DNA of 64,000 nt, taken from the NCBI GenBank assembly GCA_964621305.1, contig CAZUOM010000002.1, positions 73,733 through 137,732 of the forward strand, in the 5' to 3' direction. The translations under genes and the position numbers were made by a program. This document shows positions 10,163 to 19,911 of the stretch, in pieces. The stretch comes from an uncultured Gammaproteobacteria bacterium. GTDB taxonomy: Bacteria; Patescibacteriota; Microgenomatia; UBA10105; UBA927. The notes below the pieces were generated by a model. That model made no database searches, had not been told where the DNA came from, and saw only the letters and a program-made list of their open reading frames with translations. Numbering within the stretch: position 1 is the first letter of the stretch; the number at the start of each line of letters is the position of its first letter.

Positions 10163-12679
10163 ATGGCTCCTGTAAGCAACCGTATCACTGAGGATGCTTT
10201 CGCTGCATCCACTTTAGCCCGTTTAGACGTGCAGGAAGTGGAGCTCGGAGTACCGATTCGTGAATTTTTAACGACGTCCGGATGTGTCGTTTTCATTAAC
10301 AAAGATCCGCCGACAACCGCAGACTATCACATCATTTATGGTGACGAATCATTTGTGAAACATATACTTTCTGTGCTTGAGACGTATCACAATAAGACCC
10401 TTATTATACTCTCTGGAGAAACCGCGCAAACTGCTGAAAATATTTCTCACAAAAAGATCGGAAAAGTTGCTTTGGTCGGAACACACTTTCTTTCTTCACG
10501 TCAAACAAGAGGCATCTTTGCATTTTTTTTTACAAGTCGGAAATTCGTAGAGATTTTTGAAGAAACACAAAGAGACACAACGAGCAAAGAACTAGAAAAA
10601 GAAAGACCTTCGAAAAATCGCCTCCTACGATCAATTGAGGACGATGATAGGCTCCGTATCGCTGACGTGATATCTCGTACGTATTGGGATCAAAGCCACG
10701 AGCGTTTAGCATTGACTCGACGAAAAGGAAAAAAGAGTGTTCAGTCTACAATCATTAAGATTTTTATGAGGTTAAAGATCAACGCTTTGTACCTTGCCGC
10801 GTTTACTATTGTATTACCGTTTATTTGGTACTTCACGTCGGTTTCTGTTGCTGCATGGTTTCTCTATTATGGATCACATCAGTTAATTAACGGACATGCA
10901 GATGCGGCAGCGGCTTCAGCCGTTGCTGGACATCAATGGACAAATAGAGCGGCATGGACATTGTCATATATTGCTCTTCCATTTCAATTGGTAGGAACTG
11001 GTGGGTGGTTTCGAAATCAAGAACGAGTCGTATCTCTTCTTCGTAATCTAGTTGATGCGGGACAAAGCGCAGCAATTCTGGTTGCCTCAGGGAAAGATAT
11101 GATTGCATCGATACTAGAGCCATTCGGCACATCGACGGCGTATGGTTCTTCGGCTGTTGCCAGCGATAGACTTAAACAAGAGCTTCTCGTTCTTGGCGGT
11201 ACACTTGGTCTTGCACAGGGAGAGCTCGACATCATACTCCGAAACGAAATATTTCCTTTCAATATAAGTGCCATAAAAAAACGTGGAGAAGCGGGGCGAT
11301 ATTCACTTTCGCACCTGCGACTGATTATGGGCGAACTGAAAGGATTTGTTTCTCTTTATCCAGCAGTTGCTGGATTTAAAGATAAGAAAGTCTACCTCGT
11401 TCTTCTTCAAAATAGTATGGAATTGCGTCCAACCGGCGGCTTTATAGGCTCTGTTGCTTCAGTCACGTTTTCAGAGGGAACGCTTTTGGATTTCGTTATA
11501 CAGGATGTCTATGATTTGGATGGACAATTGAAGGGCCATGTAGACCCGCCGGAACAGATTCGGCAGTTATTGCAACAAGAGCGCTGGTACTTGCGGGATT
11601 CTAACTGGGATCCAGACTTTGCGGTTTCCGCTCATCGTGCAGCATGGTTTTATGAGAAGGAAGCCGGGCATCAAGTTGATGGGGTCATCGCCATAAATGT
11701 ACCATTTCTTATAGATATTCTTAAGGCAGTTGGATCCGTCGAGGTCTCAGATTACAACGATCGGGTGACCGCAGAGAATTTTTTTGGTAAATCGCTCTAC
11801 TATACGCAAGCAAATTTTTTCCCTGGTTCCACCCAAAAAAAGGATTTTCTTGGGGCACTGGCGAATGCACTATTGACAAAAGTTACAAGCAACAAAAGCG
11901 TCCAGCCGCCTATTCTGTCTGCAATTGCCAAGGCGCTTAGGTCGGGCAATCTTTTACTATGGTTTACCGATCCTCAAATCCAACAAGTAGTAGAACAGCT
12001 TGGATGGGCAGGGAGAGTTCCAGCCGGTAACCAATGCAAAGGTCAGGAATTGAGCAGCTGCCTTGCTGATCGAGCCATGTTTGTTGAGGCTAATCTTTCT
12101 GTGAATAAAGTCAATTACTTTCTCAAACGAAACATTCGTCACCGGGTGGTTTTGGCAGAAGATGGTTCAGTCACAGAGACCGTGAGCGTACTATACACCA
12201 ATAACTCTCCGTCTGATGACCGAACAGGCGGCGGAACGTATCGCGCCTACGGTAGGCTGATTGTTCCAGCAGACGCTGTCGTTGAATCTGTGACACTGGA
12301 TGGAGTTGCATTGTCCGAGCCAAGCAACAAAGTGAACGCAACATTCGAGCCGCCGTATTTGGTCAACGAAAACACCTACGAGAGCAGTATCTTTGGCGTT
12401 GCGTTGGATGTGCCACGTGGACAACAACGGCAGTTGGTTCTTTCGTATCGCCGCCGAGCCCTCGTGGTATTTGTTGCTAACCGAGGCGTCTACGATTTGT
12501 ATCTGCAGAAGCAGCCGGGACTCATTAATACCGATCTGGTTGTCGATGTTTCCTTCCCCATTTTTTGGCAGCCAGAAACAACAGGTGGCAAGCTTTCGTT
12601 TCTTGCCAATCAAGCCAGGCTCGAGTACAATATGCCTTTATTACAAAACGAGCAATTTAAAATTGTTTTTACAAAATGA
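10163..12679 (+). CDS. DUF4012-like membrane-anchored surface protein
   Basis: YLVLLQNSMELRPTGGFIGS, LRDSNWDPDF, QKQPG. Confidence 0.75.
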   Translation: MAPVSNRITEDAFAASTLARLDVQEVELGVPIREFLTTSGCVVFINKDPPTTADYHIIYGDESFVKHILSVLETYHNKTLIILSGETAQTAENISHKKIGKVALVGTHFLSSRQTRGIFAFFFTSRKFVEIFEETQRDTTSKELEKERPSKNRLLRSIEDDDRLRIADVISRTYWDQSHERLALTRRKGKKSVQSTIIKIFMRLKINALYLAAFTIVLPFIWYFTSVSVAAWFLYYGSHQLINGHADAAAASAVAGHQWTNRAAWTLSYIALPFQLVGTGGWFRNQERVVSLLRNLVDAGQSAAILVASGKDMIASILEPFGTSTAYGSSAVASDRLKQELLVLGGTLGLAQGELDIILRNEIFPFNISAIKKRGEAGRYSLSHLRLIMGELKGFVSLYPAVAGFKDKKVYLVLLQNSMELRPTGGFIGSVASVTFSEGTLLDFVIQDVYDLDGQLKGHVDPPEQIRQLLQQERWYLRDSNWDPDFAVSAHRAAWFYEKEAGHQVDGVIAINVPFLIDILKAVGSVEVSDYNDRVTAENFFGKSLYYTQANFFPGSTQKKDFLGALANALLTKVTSNKSVQPPILSAIAKALRSGNLLLWFTDPQIQQVVEQLGWAGRVPAGNQCKGQELSSCLADRAMFVEANLSVNKVNYFLKRNIRHRVVLAEDGSVTETVSVLYTNNSPSDDRTGGGTYRAYGRLIVPADAVVESVTLDGVALSEPSNKVNATFEPPYLVNENTYESSIFGVALDVPRGQQRQLVLSYRRRALVVFVANRGVYDLYLQKQPGLINTDLVVDVSFPIFWQPETTGGKLSFLANQARLEYNMPLLQNEQFKIVFTK

Positions 12680-13389
12680 AAAAGCATTCATTATCCGCTC
12701 AGAAACGAGATTTGGTCGGTCGCAAGGTCAAACAATTAAGAAAGCAAGGAATACTGCCGGCTTCCCTGTATGGCAAAAAAGTCAAAAGCGCTTCGCTTTC
12801 GGTAAAACTTGATGACTTTGAAAAAGTTTACAAAGAAGCAGGGGAGTCGGGACTGGTGGATCTAAAAGTCGATAGCGAGGTTAAACCCGTCCTAATTCAC
12901 AACGTCCAAAAAGATCCGGTAAAAGGATTTCCACTTCATGTTGAGTTTTTCCAGGTAGATCTTAAAGCAAAAGTCCAGACACGGGTGCCGATTGAGCTTG
13001 TGGGTGAATCTGCCGCTGTAGCGCAAAAACAGGGAGTGCTCCTTACTATTCTTGACGAGATCGAAGTTGAGGCTCTGCCGACTGATTTACCGGAAAAAAT
13101 TACGGTCGATGTTTCAGGCTTGGCCGCAGTTGATCAGGAAATAAAAGTTAGTGACCTCAATGTGTCGTCGGGAGTTGCTGTTCTAACTGACGCCGGTCAA
13201 ACTCTTGTGAAAGTTGGAGCGTTGGTTACCAAACAAGCAGAAGCTGAGGTCGCGGCCGAAGAAGCAGCCAAGGCCGCAGCAGCCGCTGAGGCTGCCACTG
13301 AGGCGAAAGCCGAAGTGCCGGCAGCCCAAGAGAAACCGGCCGAGCCAGCAGCCAAAGAAGAAAAAACCCCGGAGGAGAAGAAAGAATAA
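12676..13389 (+). CDS. rplY: 50S ribosomal protein L25/CTC
   Basis: LRKQGILPASLYG, QKDPV...HVEF, A/E/K-rich tail. Confidence 0.95.
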   Translation: MKKHSLSAQKRDLVGRKVKQLRKQGILPASLYGKKVKSASLSVKLDDFEKVYKEAGESGLVDLKVDSEVKPVLIHNVQKDPVKGFPLHVEFFQVDLKAKVQTRVPIELVGESAAVAQKQGVLLTILDEIEVEALPTDLPEKITVDVSGLAAVDQEIKVSDLNVSSGVAVLTDAGQTLVKVGALVTKQAEAEVAAEEAAKAAAAAEAATEAKAEVPAAQEKPAEPAAKEEKTPEEKKE

Positions 13390-13896
13390 CTATTTTTTTA
13401 TTAGCTCCTCAAATTTTTTTGCAACTTTGTTATTTGAATCTAAAGCAATGGCCTGATTTAGCAGCCTTTTTGTTTCCTCGGTTTTTCCTAATTGGTAGGC
13501 GAGAGAGGCCAAAGTTATATACGCGTCGCGGTAGTCGGGGTGGGCGAGTGCAACAGATTGCCAGAATTGGTAGGCTTGCGCAAGCGTCTCTGAGGCGTTT
13601 TTCCATTGGTTTAGTAAATCCTCGGTGCTGGCTCCAAGGATAGCCTCTTTTTTGGCTGTATTTCGCAGTCCCTCCTGCCAAAGCTCCTGCGCAAGTAGCC
13701 TGTGTCTCGTTGTCGAAAAAGGTTCTTGCAGCGCAGCCTCAAGTTTGCTCCAGTAGCTTGGCGCGCGATAGGTTCGCGCAAAGACATTGACCGCAAACAG
13801 AGCCGTCAGGCCGGCCCACAAAATCGAAGAAATTGACGATGCAATCAAACTTGCGGTAAATTTTCGGCTAAAGCGCGGGAATTCTAGCTTTAACAT
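13390..13896 (-). CDS. Membrane-anchored TPR protein
   Basis: N-terminal TM; HPDYRDAY..LA.LAYQLG..EE...LL.QA..LD. Confidence 0.7.
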   Translation of the reverse strand: MLKLEFPRFSRKFTASLIASSISSILWAGLTALFAVNVFARTYRAPSYWSKLEAALQEPFSTTRHRLLAQELWQEGLRNTAKKEAILGASTEDLLNQWKNASETLAQAYQFWQSVALAHPDYRDAYITLASLAYQLGKTEETKRLLNQAIALDSNNKVAKKFEELIKK

Positions 13897-13918
13897 AGGA
13901 TTATGCTATAGTGTAGGC

Positions 13919-14650
13919 ATGAACAGGAAGAAAACGCAACAGGTTATTGAGCTTCTTAAGAAAGAATATCCCAACGCAAAGATAGTCCTCAAGTTTAGTA
14001 ACCCGTGGGAACTTTTGGTAGCGGTGGTTTTATCAGCCCAATGCACAGACGCGGTAGTCAATAGGGTGACAGAGAAGCTTTTTGCCAAATACAAAACCCT
14101 TGATGGCTATCTAAAGGCAGACATAAAAACCTTCGAACAGGAGATAAGATCCACAGGCTTTTACCACAACAAAGCGAAAAATATTTTGGCCGCGGCAAAA
14201 CTCGTCAAGGAAAAATTTGGTGGCGAGGTGCCAAGCACGATGAGCGAGCTTTTGACGCTTCCCGGTGTGGCGAGAAAAACAGCAAACATCATTTTGGGCA
14301 ACGCGTTTAACATTATAGAGGGCATCGCTGTCGATACCCACGTGTCGCGCCTGAGCCAGCGCTTGCGGCTGGTTAATGTAGACACAATCGGCGGGAAGAA
14401 AGTTATTTTTTTCAAAAGGGGTCCCCTTGCAGCTTTGCAAGGGGACCCCTTGAAGAGAGAGATCGTAGATTATAAAAAGGACGCCGACCCGGTCAAAATA
14501 GAACGCGAGCTGATGGCGGTCGTGCCCAAACCAGATTGGTTCAAGCTCACGTATTTGTTGATCGATCACGGCCGGGCAATCTGCAAAGCCCAAAATCCCA
14601 ACTGCAGCGCCTGTGTCCTTAATAAACTTTGTCCGGCGTCACGGCTTTAA
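13919..14650 (+). CDS. nth: Endonuclease III
   Basis: LLVAVVLSAQCTD, LPGVARKTAN, VDTHV, C-x6-C-x2-C-x5-C. Confidence 0.95.
   Translation: MNRKKTQQVIELLKKEYPNAKIVLKFSNPWELLVAVVLSAQCTDAVVNRVTEKLFAKYKTLDGYLKADIKTFEQEIRSTGFYHNKAKNILAAAKLVKEKFGGEVPSTMSELLTLPGVARKTANIILGNAFNIIEGIAVDTHVSRLSQRLRLVNVDTIGGKKVIFFKRGPLAALQGDPLKREIVDYKKDADPVKIERELMAVVPKPDWFKLTYLLIDHGRAICKAQNPNCSACVLNKLCPASRL
14416..14451. repeat. In-frame 36-nt palindrome inside nth
   Basis: AAGGGGTCCCCTTGCA-GCTT-TGCAAGGGGACCCCTT, perfect 16-bp arms. Confidence 0.9.
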
Positions 14651-14653
14651 TCT

Positions 14654-14926
14654 ATGAAGATCGTTTATACTAAACACGCAGCAAAGAAGTTTAAAGATCT
14701 TAAGCGTCTGGGCTTATTTGTTTCTCGCTTACTTGTTAAGAGTATAATCGAGCATCCCCTTCACCTGGACGAAATGACGGGCTTTCCCAAAAAAATTGCC
14801 AATGGAGTACTCGATCAAACCCATGTTCTTCGCGTTGTGTACAGGCAGGAAGGTGATATAATTATGGTGATTACATTTTACCAACAAAGAAAGGCAGGTA
14901 CACGTCATGAGAATTCGTTACGATAA
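14654..14926 (+). CDS. DUF4258/RelE-like toxin, probably frameshifted near its C-terminus
   Basis: YTKHA...LRVVY...VITFY; one extra C near 14881 would give YPTKKGRYTS with its stop overlapping the next ATG. Confidence 0.65.
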   Translation: MKIVYTKHAAKKFKDLKRLGLFVSRLLVKSIIEHPLHLDEMTGFPKKIANGVLDQTHVLRVVYRQEGDIIMVITFYQQRKAGTRHENSLR

Positions 14927-15122
14927 AGAAGATGATGCGCTGATGATCTGGTTTTCGCGGGAAGCCGTGGATTTTGCCGAGCAAAAAAAGGACGTCATTG
15001 CGCACTTTTCCAAAAAGAATAAGTTGGCACTTCTGGAGATTTTAGAAGCATCGAAGTTTCTTAAAGAAGCCTCCGATGTCTTTCCTCCAAATATCAAGCA
15101 GCGTGTTTTTGCAGGCGCATAA
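14907..15122 (+). CDS. DUF2283 antitoxin
   Basis: MRIRYDKEDDALMI...LEILEASK. Confidence 0.85.
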   Translation: MRIRYDKEDDALMIWFSREAVDFAEQKKDVIAHFSKKNKLALLEILEASKFLKEASDVFPPNIKQRVFAGA

Positions 15123-15152
15123 TATTTTAGTAGCAGATAAAGACGACTAGGT

Positions 15153-15977
15153 ATGAAAGTCGCTCTAGACATCGGCGGAACAAATTTACGCGCTGGTCTT
15201 TTTTCGGATGATCAGAGGCTGGTTGCAAAACACGTGGAGTCAACCCCCGAGAATTATCGAGATGGCCTACAACGCATCTGTTCTTTAACTAACGAGTTTC
15301 ATACAAAAGGGAACATCGAGGGGGTTGCGGTGGCTATTGCAGGCGTGCTTGATCGGCAGAAGGGGAAAATGTTAGTCAATCCAAATCTTATGGGCTGGAA
15401 CAATGTCTCCATTGGTCCAGACATCGCCAAGAAGACTGGCGTGAGAGTCGTTTTGGAAAACGATGCAGTTGCAGCAGGACTAGGGGAGGCAAACTTTGGC
15501 GCAGGGAAAGGCAAGCGGATCGTAGCGTTTCTCACCATAAGTACCGGGATCGGCGGGGCACGGATTGTCGACGGGAAGACCGATGAAAACACCTGGGGTT
15601 TTGAACCTGGGCATCAAGTCATCAGTGTTGAAGAGATAACAGCAGTTGATGGACGAGTACATGGATGGTTTGAGCGATACGCTTCCGGTTCAGCATTCGA
15701 GGCTCGCTATGGGGTGTCACCGAAGCTCTGCACCGATGGGTCCACATGGAAAGACTTTGCCAAATATTTGTCAGCCGGCATTGTCAACATTATGGTTTTG
15801 TGGTCACCGGACATTGTTGTTCTTGGAGGAGGCGTGAGTAGGAGCGCGGAAAAATTCTTTCCAGCACTTCGGGAATATCTGGATCAGGCAGTTATTTTCC
15901 CCCAAAAACCGCCGGTCGTTGCCGGAACGCTTGGCGATGAAGCTGGGTTATATGGAGGGTTAGTATTACTATCCTAG
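15153..15977 (+). CDS. ROK family sugar kinase
   Basis: DIGGTN, ENDA.AA.LGE, STGIGG, EPGH, VLGGGV. Confidence 0.9.
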   Translation: MKVALDIGGTNLRAGLFSDDQRLVAKHVESTPENYRDGLQRICSLTNEFHTKGNIEGVAVAIAGVLDRQKGKMLVNPNLMGWNNVSIGPDIAKKTGVRVVLENDAVAAGLGEANFGAGKGKRIVAFLTISTGIGGARIVDGKTDENTWGFEPGHQVISVEEITAVDGRVHGWFERYASGSAFEARYGVSPKLCTDGSTWKDFAKYLSAGIVNIMVLWSPDIVVLGGGVSRSAEKFFPALREYLDQAVIFPQKPPVVAGTLGDEAGLYGGLVLLS

Positions 15978-15981
15978 ACGT

Positions 15982-16115
15982 ATGACTTGGAAAGTTAGAT
16001 CGTTTCAAACATCACGAGGGGATTGTCCTGTTGAGGAATTTTTTAAGAAAAAACAGAGAAAACTCCCCCAAAGGAGCTGAAAGTCGCCATTGACAGGCTG
16101 AAGGAGATGATATAG
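15982..16115 (+). pseudogene. Internally deleted RelE/HigB (Gp49-like) toxin
   Basis: MTWKVRSFQTSRGDCPVEEFF joined out of frame to KTEKTPPKELKVAIDRLKEMI*; compare the intact toxin at 58599. Confidence 0.75.
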
Positions 16116-16127
16116 CATATATGCTAT

Positions 16128-16418
16128 ATGACAAGACGTCACGCTGACTTTGAAGTTTTTCTGAAAAAATCTTTAAAAGATCCAAAACTTAAAGCAGAAT
16201 TTGATAAACTTCAGCCGGAATTTGCCGCAATTGAAGCAATGCTTCGGGCACGGGTAGAAAAAGGATTGCGCCAACAAGACCTTGCCCGAAGAATGAAAAC
16301 CAAGCAGTCAGTGATTTCTCGGGTAGAGGCAGGCAAAACCAGCCCGACCGTCTCATTTCTCCAGCGGCTTGCACAGGCGCTTGATAGCAGGCTTGAAATC
16401 CGATTCATTCCTCAGTAA
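16128..16418 (+). CDS. XRE/HigA antitoxin
   Basis: RQQDLARRMKTKQSVISRVE; similar to 18599 and 58990. Confidence 0.88.
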   Translation: MTRRHADFEVFLKKSLKDPKLKAEFDKLQPEFAAIEAMLRARVEKGLRQQDLARRMKTKQSVISRVEAGKTSPTVSFLQRLAQALDSRLEIRFIPQ

Positions 16419-16421
16419 CCC

Positions 16422-17135
16422 ATGAAGCTTTCGCTTCAAACAATCCGTCGAGAGACTGCCGACGCCTCGACGTTTATTTTTACGCCGGATGTCGTCTTCC
16501 AGTATTTAGCCGGTCAGCACGTGAGCATGATGCTGCCAGTTGAAAATCCTGATGAGCGCGGAAAAGTACGCACGTTTACTTTGAGTTCCTCGCCGACAGA
16601 GGAAGGGATAGTTAGTATTACCACCAAGGACGGACCAAGTGCATTTAAGCAAACTCTTTTTGCATTGCCAATTAGGACGACTATTGAAGCGCGCGGGCCA
16701 ACTGGATCAATGGTTCTTGATGAGGCCGATCAACGTCAAAAAATTTTGCTTGCCGGCGGCATTGGAATTGCTCCGTTTAGATCGATGATCAAATACGCTG
16801 CGGACAAAACATTGAGCATGCCGATCGTTCTTCTCTACTCCAACAAAACTCCGGAAGAGATTGTTTTTTGCGCTGAACTCGACGAACTGCAAAAACAGCT
16901 TTCGAATTTGACAATTGTTCACACCATTACGCAACCAGAAGCTAGTCAGGAGATTTGGGAAGGAAGAAGTGGAAGAATTGATGAATCTCTCATCGGCGAG
17001 CATGTCAGTGACATTAACCAGTCTATTTTTATGACTGCCGGCCCAACAGCCATGGTGGAGGCGATGATTGCCATACTTGCCTCGATGGGAGTCCCGCCGG
17101 AAAATGTGAAGTTTGAAAAGTTTTCGGGTTATTAG
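16422..17135 (+). CDS. FNR-like FAD/NAD(P)-binding oxidoreductase
   Basis: RTFTLSS, LAGGIGIAPF, AGP..MV, E.F.GY. Confidence 0.88.
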   Translation: MKLSLQTIRRETADASTFIFTPDVVFQYLAGQHVSMMLPVENPDERGKVRTFTLSSSPTEEGIVSITTKDGPSAFKQTLFALPIRTTIEARGPTGSMVLDEADQRQKILLAGGIGIAPFRSMIKYAADKTLSMPIVLLYSNKTPEEIVFCAELDELQKQLSNLTIVHTITQPEASQEIWEGRSGRIDESLIGEHVSDINQSIFMTAGPTAMVEAMIAILASMGVPPENVKFEKFSGY

Positions 17136-17181
17136 AGCTACAATTTGACAACTATAAAGTATCACGTTATACTTTATTGCT

Positions 17182-18171
17182 ATGAATACACTGCTTGACG
17201 CCATTGATCAAAAGAAGCGGATCCTCGACGCGCGGCGCCCTTTCCCGGTTGATCTCGTGAAAAACTTAGACCAGTGGTTTACCGTCGAGTTGACCTATAA
17301 CTCTAATGCCATCGAAGGCAATACGCTTTCTCGGGCAGAAACCGCCTTGGTTGTAGAAAAGGGGATCGTCGTAGAAGGCAAGACGCTCGTTGAGCATCTG
17401 GAGGCCGTCAACCATGCTGCTGCGTTTTCCTGGGTGAGGGAGCGGGCGGTGAAACGCACAAGGGTGTCTCTGCAGGATGTTTTGGAACTGCATCGGTTGA
17501 TACTCTCAAAAATCGACGATAGCAATGCCGGCCGTTACCGCACTGTATCGGTGCGTATTGCCGGCTCTCGGGTAGTGCTTCCCAATCCTGCCAAAATTTC
17601 CACGCTCATGGGTGATTTTTCCCTGTGGCTGGGCAAGGCAGCCGGCCACCCGGCCACCGTTGCAAGCCAAGCTCACCTCAAGCTCGTTACCATCCATCCG
17701 TTTGTCGACGGCAACGGGAGAACGGCGCGTCTCCTCATGAATCTTCTTCTTCTGGCGTCCGGCTATCCGCCGGCCATTATTAGAACCCAAGACCGGAGGC
17801 GCTACATTACCAGCATTGAAGCGGCCCAACTGGGGGGTGAGGTCGCCGAGTATTATTCCCTCATGTATGAGTCGGTTGATCGGTCGCTCTCCACCTATCT
17901 GGAAGCTTTAGATGAAAAAAGCGACAGGATAAAACTTGAAAGCAAGCCGTTTTTGACCATCGGGCAAGTAGCTAAGCTCACTGGCGAAACCGTTCCCACA
18001 ATCCGATTTTGGACCACGCAAGGGCTTCTCAGCGCTACCGGCCGCTCTGCCGGCGGTTATCAGCTCTACGGGCGCGATGTCGTTGGTCTGGCACAAAAAA
18101 TTCGCACGCTGCAGAGATCAAAACGTTTATTGCTGTCTGAAATTAAGAGCGAGCTTGCCAGAAGTATGTAA
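17182..18171 (+). CDS. Fic protein with C-terminal MerR-type HTH
   Basis: SNAIEGN, HPFVDGNGRTAR; TIGQVAKLTGETVPTIRFW...GYQLY. Confidence 0.88.
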   Translation: MNTLLDAIDQKKRILDARRPFPVDLVKNLDQWFTVELTYNSNAIEGNTLSRAETALVVEKGIVVEGKTLVEHLEAVNHAAAFSWVRERAVKRTRVSLQDVLELHRLILSKIDDSNAGRYRTVSVRIAGSRVVLPNPAKISTLMGDFSLWLGKAAGHPATVASQAHLKLVTIHPFVDGNGRTARLLMNLLLLASGYPPAIIRTQDRRRYITSIEAAQLGGEVAEYYSLMYESVDRSLSTYLEALDEKSDRIKLESKPFLTIGQVAKLTGETVPTIRFWTTQGLLSATGRSAGGYQLYGRDVVGLAQKIRTLQRSKRLLLSEIKSELARSM

Positions 18172-18197
18172 AGTTTGAAAATCAACCGCGCAACTAG
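18166..18197 (+). repeat. Ghost copy of the FNR 3' end (17104-17135)
   Basis: ATGTAAAGTTTGAAAA vs ATGTGAAGTTTGAAAA (15/16); TAG in the same register. Confidence 0.6.
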
Positions 18198-18389
18198 GAC
18201 GAATTTATTTTTTTCTTCGGAGACTTGCCTTCTCCTGCTACCTCCCAGAATTTCCAAAACAGTTGGCGCTGGGTATTGGCATAGACTGCGTTGACGATCT
18301 CAATGCCCACCGGCTCGTTTTCGATCCAGTTGGCAATGGCGTACGTAAAGAAACGATGTGTTGTATTATAGAAGCAGATCTAATCGACT

Positions 18390-18584
18390 ATGAACATTTT
18401 TGCTGGTGACCCAGTGTCCGGCGACATTGACGCGCTGATGGATGAGACCAGAAGCCATGCGCGAGCGCAAGGCATTTCTTATTTGAAGATACAACTTTCG
18501 GCGCACAATACCGATGCCTTGAACTTTTACAGAAAGTAAGGCTTTAAACCCTCACAACTGATTGCGTTTCAGAAAGTCGGATAG
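18390..18584 (+). pseudogene. GNAT acetyltransferase remnant
   Basis: ARAQGISYLKIQLSAHNTDALNFYRK*GFK with TAA at 18537; 5' boundary approximate. Confidence 0.6.
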
Positions 18585-18598
18585 GGTCATGAGTGTGA

Positions 18599-18886
18599 TT
18601 ATTTTAACGAAAAGCGAATATCCAGCGTGGCATTGAGGGCTTTTGCGAAGCGTTTTAAGAGGGAAACTGTAGGTGTCGATGCCATCGACTCAATTCTGGA
18701 CACCACAGGCTGCTTTGTGTCCATTTTTTTGGCTAGCTGCGCCTGGGTCATCTTGCGGGCCAGTCGAGCTCCAATCAGAGCGCGTGTGAGCTGATAGTCA
18801 GGTTCAATCCGTTCGGCCTCACGCCGAAATGCCGGATCTTTCATCCGCTTTTTTTCGGATCGCCGCCAGTTTGTATATTTTTTCAT
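18599..18886 (-). CDS. XRE/HigA antitoxin; upstream toxin reduced to a remnant
   Basis: MTQAQLAKKMDTKQPVVSRIE; upstream fragment FQKTPKQDIDTAVHR resembles a RelE/Gp49 C-terminus. Confidence 0.85.
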   Translation of the reverse strand: MKKYTNWRRSEKKRMKDPAFRREAERIEPDYQLTRALIGARLARKMTQAQLAKKMDTKQPVVSRIESMASTPTVSLLKRFAKALNATLDIRFSLK

Positions 18887-19077
18887 ATGCGTTTCTCCTT
18901 TAGCATATTTGCTCGATGCACTGCCGTGTCTATGTCTTGTTTTGGCGTTTTTTGGAACTGTTTTCCTTTCATAATTTATAACAAAAAAGTTATAAAATGT
19001 CAAGAGTTTCTTCTCCTTTAGCATCACGAGCGTATTACTTGTTGCAGCCAGTAAGGTCAATGTGCTATGCTCCAAAA

Positions 19078-19722
19078 ATGGCAAAGAAAAAGACCGCGGA
19101 AGAGACTTTGTCTCCGGCACAAACTCCCCCGGGATCGCCTTTGAAAGAACTGTTTCATAGTCCCAGGCGCTTGTACCTTATCGTTGCGCTCTTGGCCGTT
19201 TCTGCTTTCGTTATTGCCAATAAAAGCTGGCTAGTTGCCGGCGTCGTCAATGGCAAGCCCATCTGGAGCTGGGAACTTAACAAGGTTATGTCTGATCGCT
19301 TCGGCAAGCAGACGCTTGAGGGGATAATTTCCGAGCGGCTCATTGGCGATGAAGCTGCCAAACTGGGCGTCGAGGTAACCAAAGAAGACATTGATAAAAA
19401 ACAGGGAGAGATTCTCAAAACGCTCGGTGGCAACCTGGGCGTTGACGAGCTTTTGAAATATCAGGGAATTTCTCGCAGCGACTTTGACAACCAGATCCGA
19501 TTGCAACTGACGGTGCAAAAAATTTTAGGCAAGGACGTAGTGATTACCGAGGACGACGTCACACGATTTATTGCTACCAATAGCGCAACGCTCACGGCTA
19601 CAGAGCCGGCAGCGCTTCGCGCCGAAGCTCGCCAGGCGATTTTGGATGCCAAGGTAGGCGAGAAGCTCCAAGGCTGGTTCCTCGAGCTCAAAAACAAAGC
19701 CAAGATCCTACGATTCCTCTGA
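19078..19722 (+). CDS. SurA/PrsA N-terminal-domain foldase-like protein
   Basis: TM, then VNGKPI, LI.DEA.KLGV.VT..DID, L..KAKI. Confidence 0.75.
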   Translation: MAKKKTAEETLSPAQTPPGSPLKELFHSPRRLYLIVALLAVSAFVIANKSWLVAGVVNGKPIWSWELNKVMSDRFGKQTLEGIISERLIGDEAAKLGVEVTKEDIDKKQGEILKTLGGNLGVDELLKYQGISRSDFDNQIRLQLTVQKILGKDVVITEDDVTRFIATNSATLTATEPAALRAEARQAILDAKVGEKLQGWFLELKNKAKILRFL

Positions 19723-19911
19723 ATCACTTTTTCAAATGAGTCCTATTGCATGAACTACGTTAATAAGGTCGGCAACCGCTTTTCCTCGGGCGGAAATTGC
19801 GAGGGTTTGATATAACGGCTTAACGGCTGTAATCCGTCAGATGCGGGAGGAGCGGTTTGGTAGAATAGATTTTCTATTGACAAAGTGTACGTTTGGCAGT
19901 AATATTTAAGC

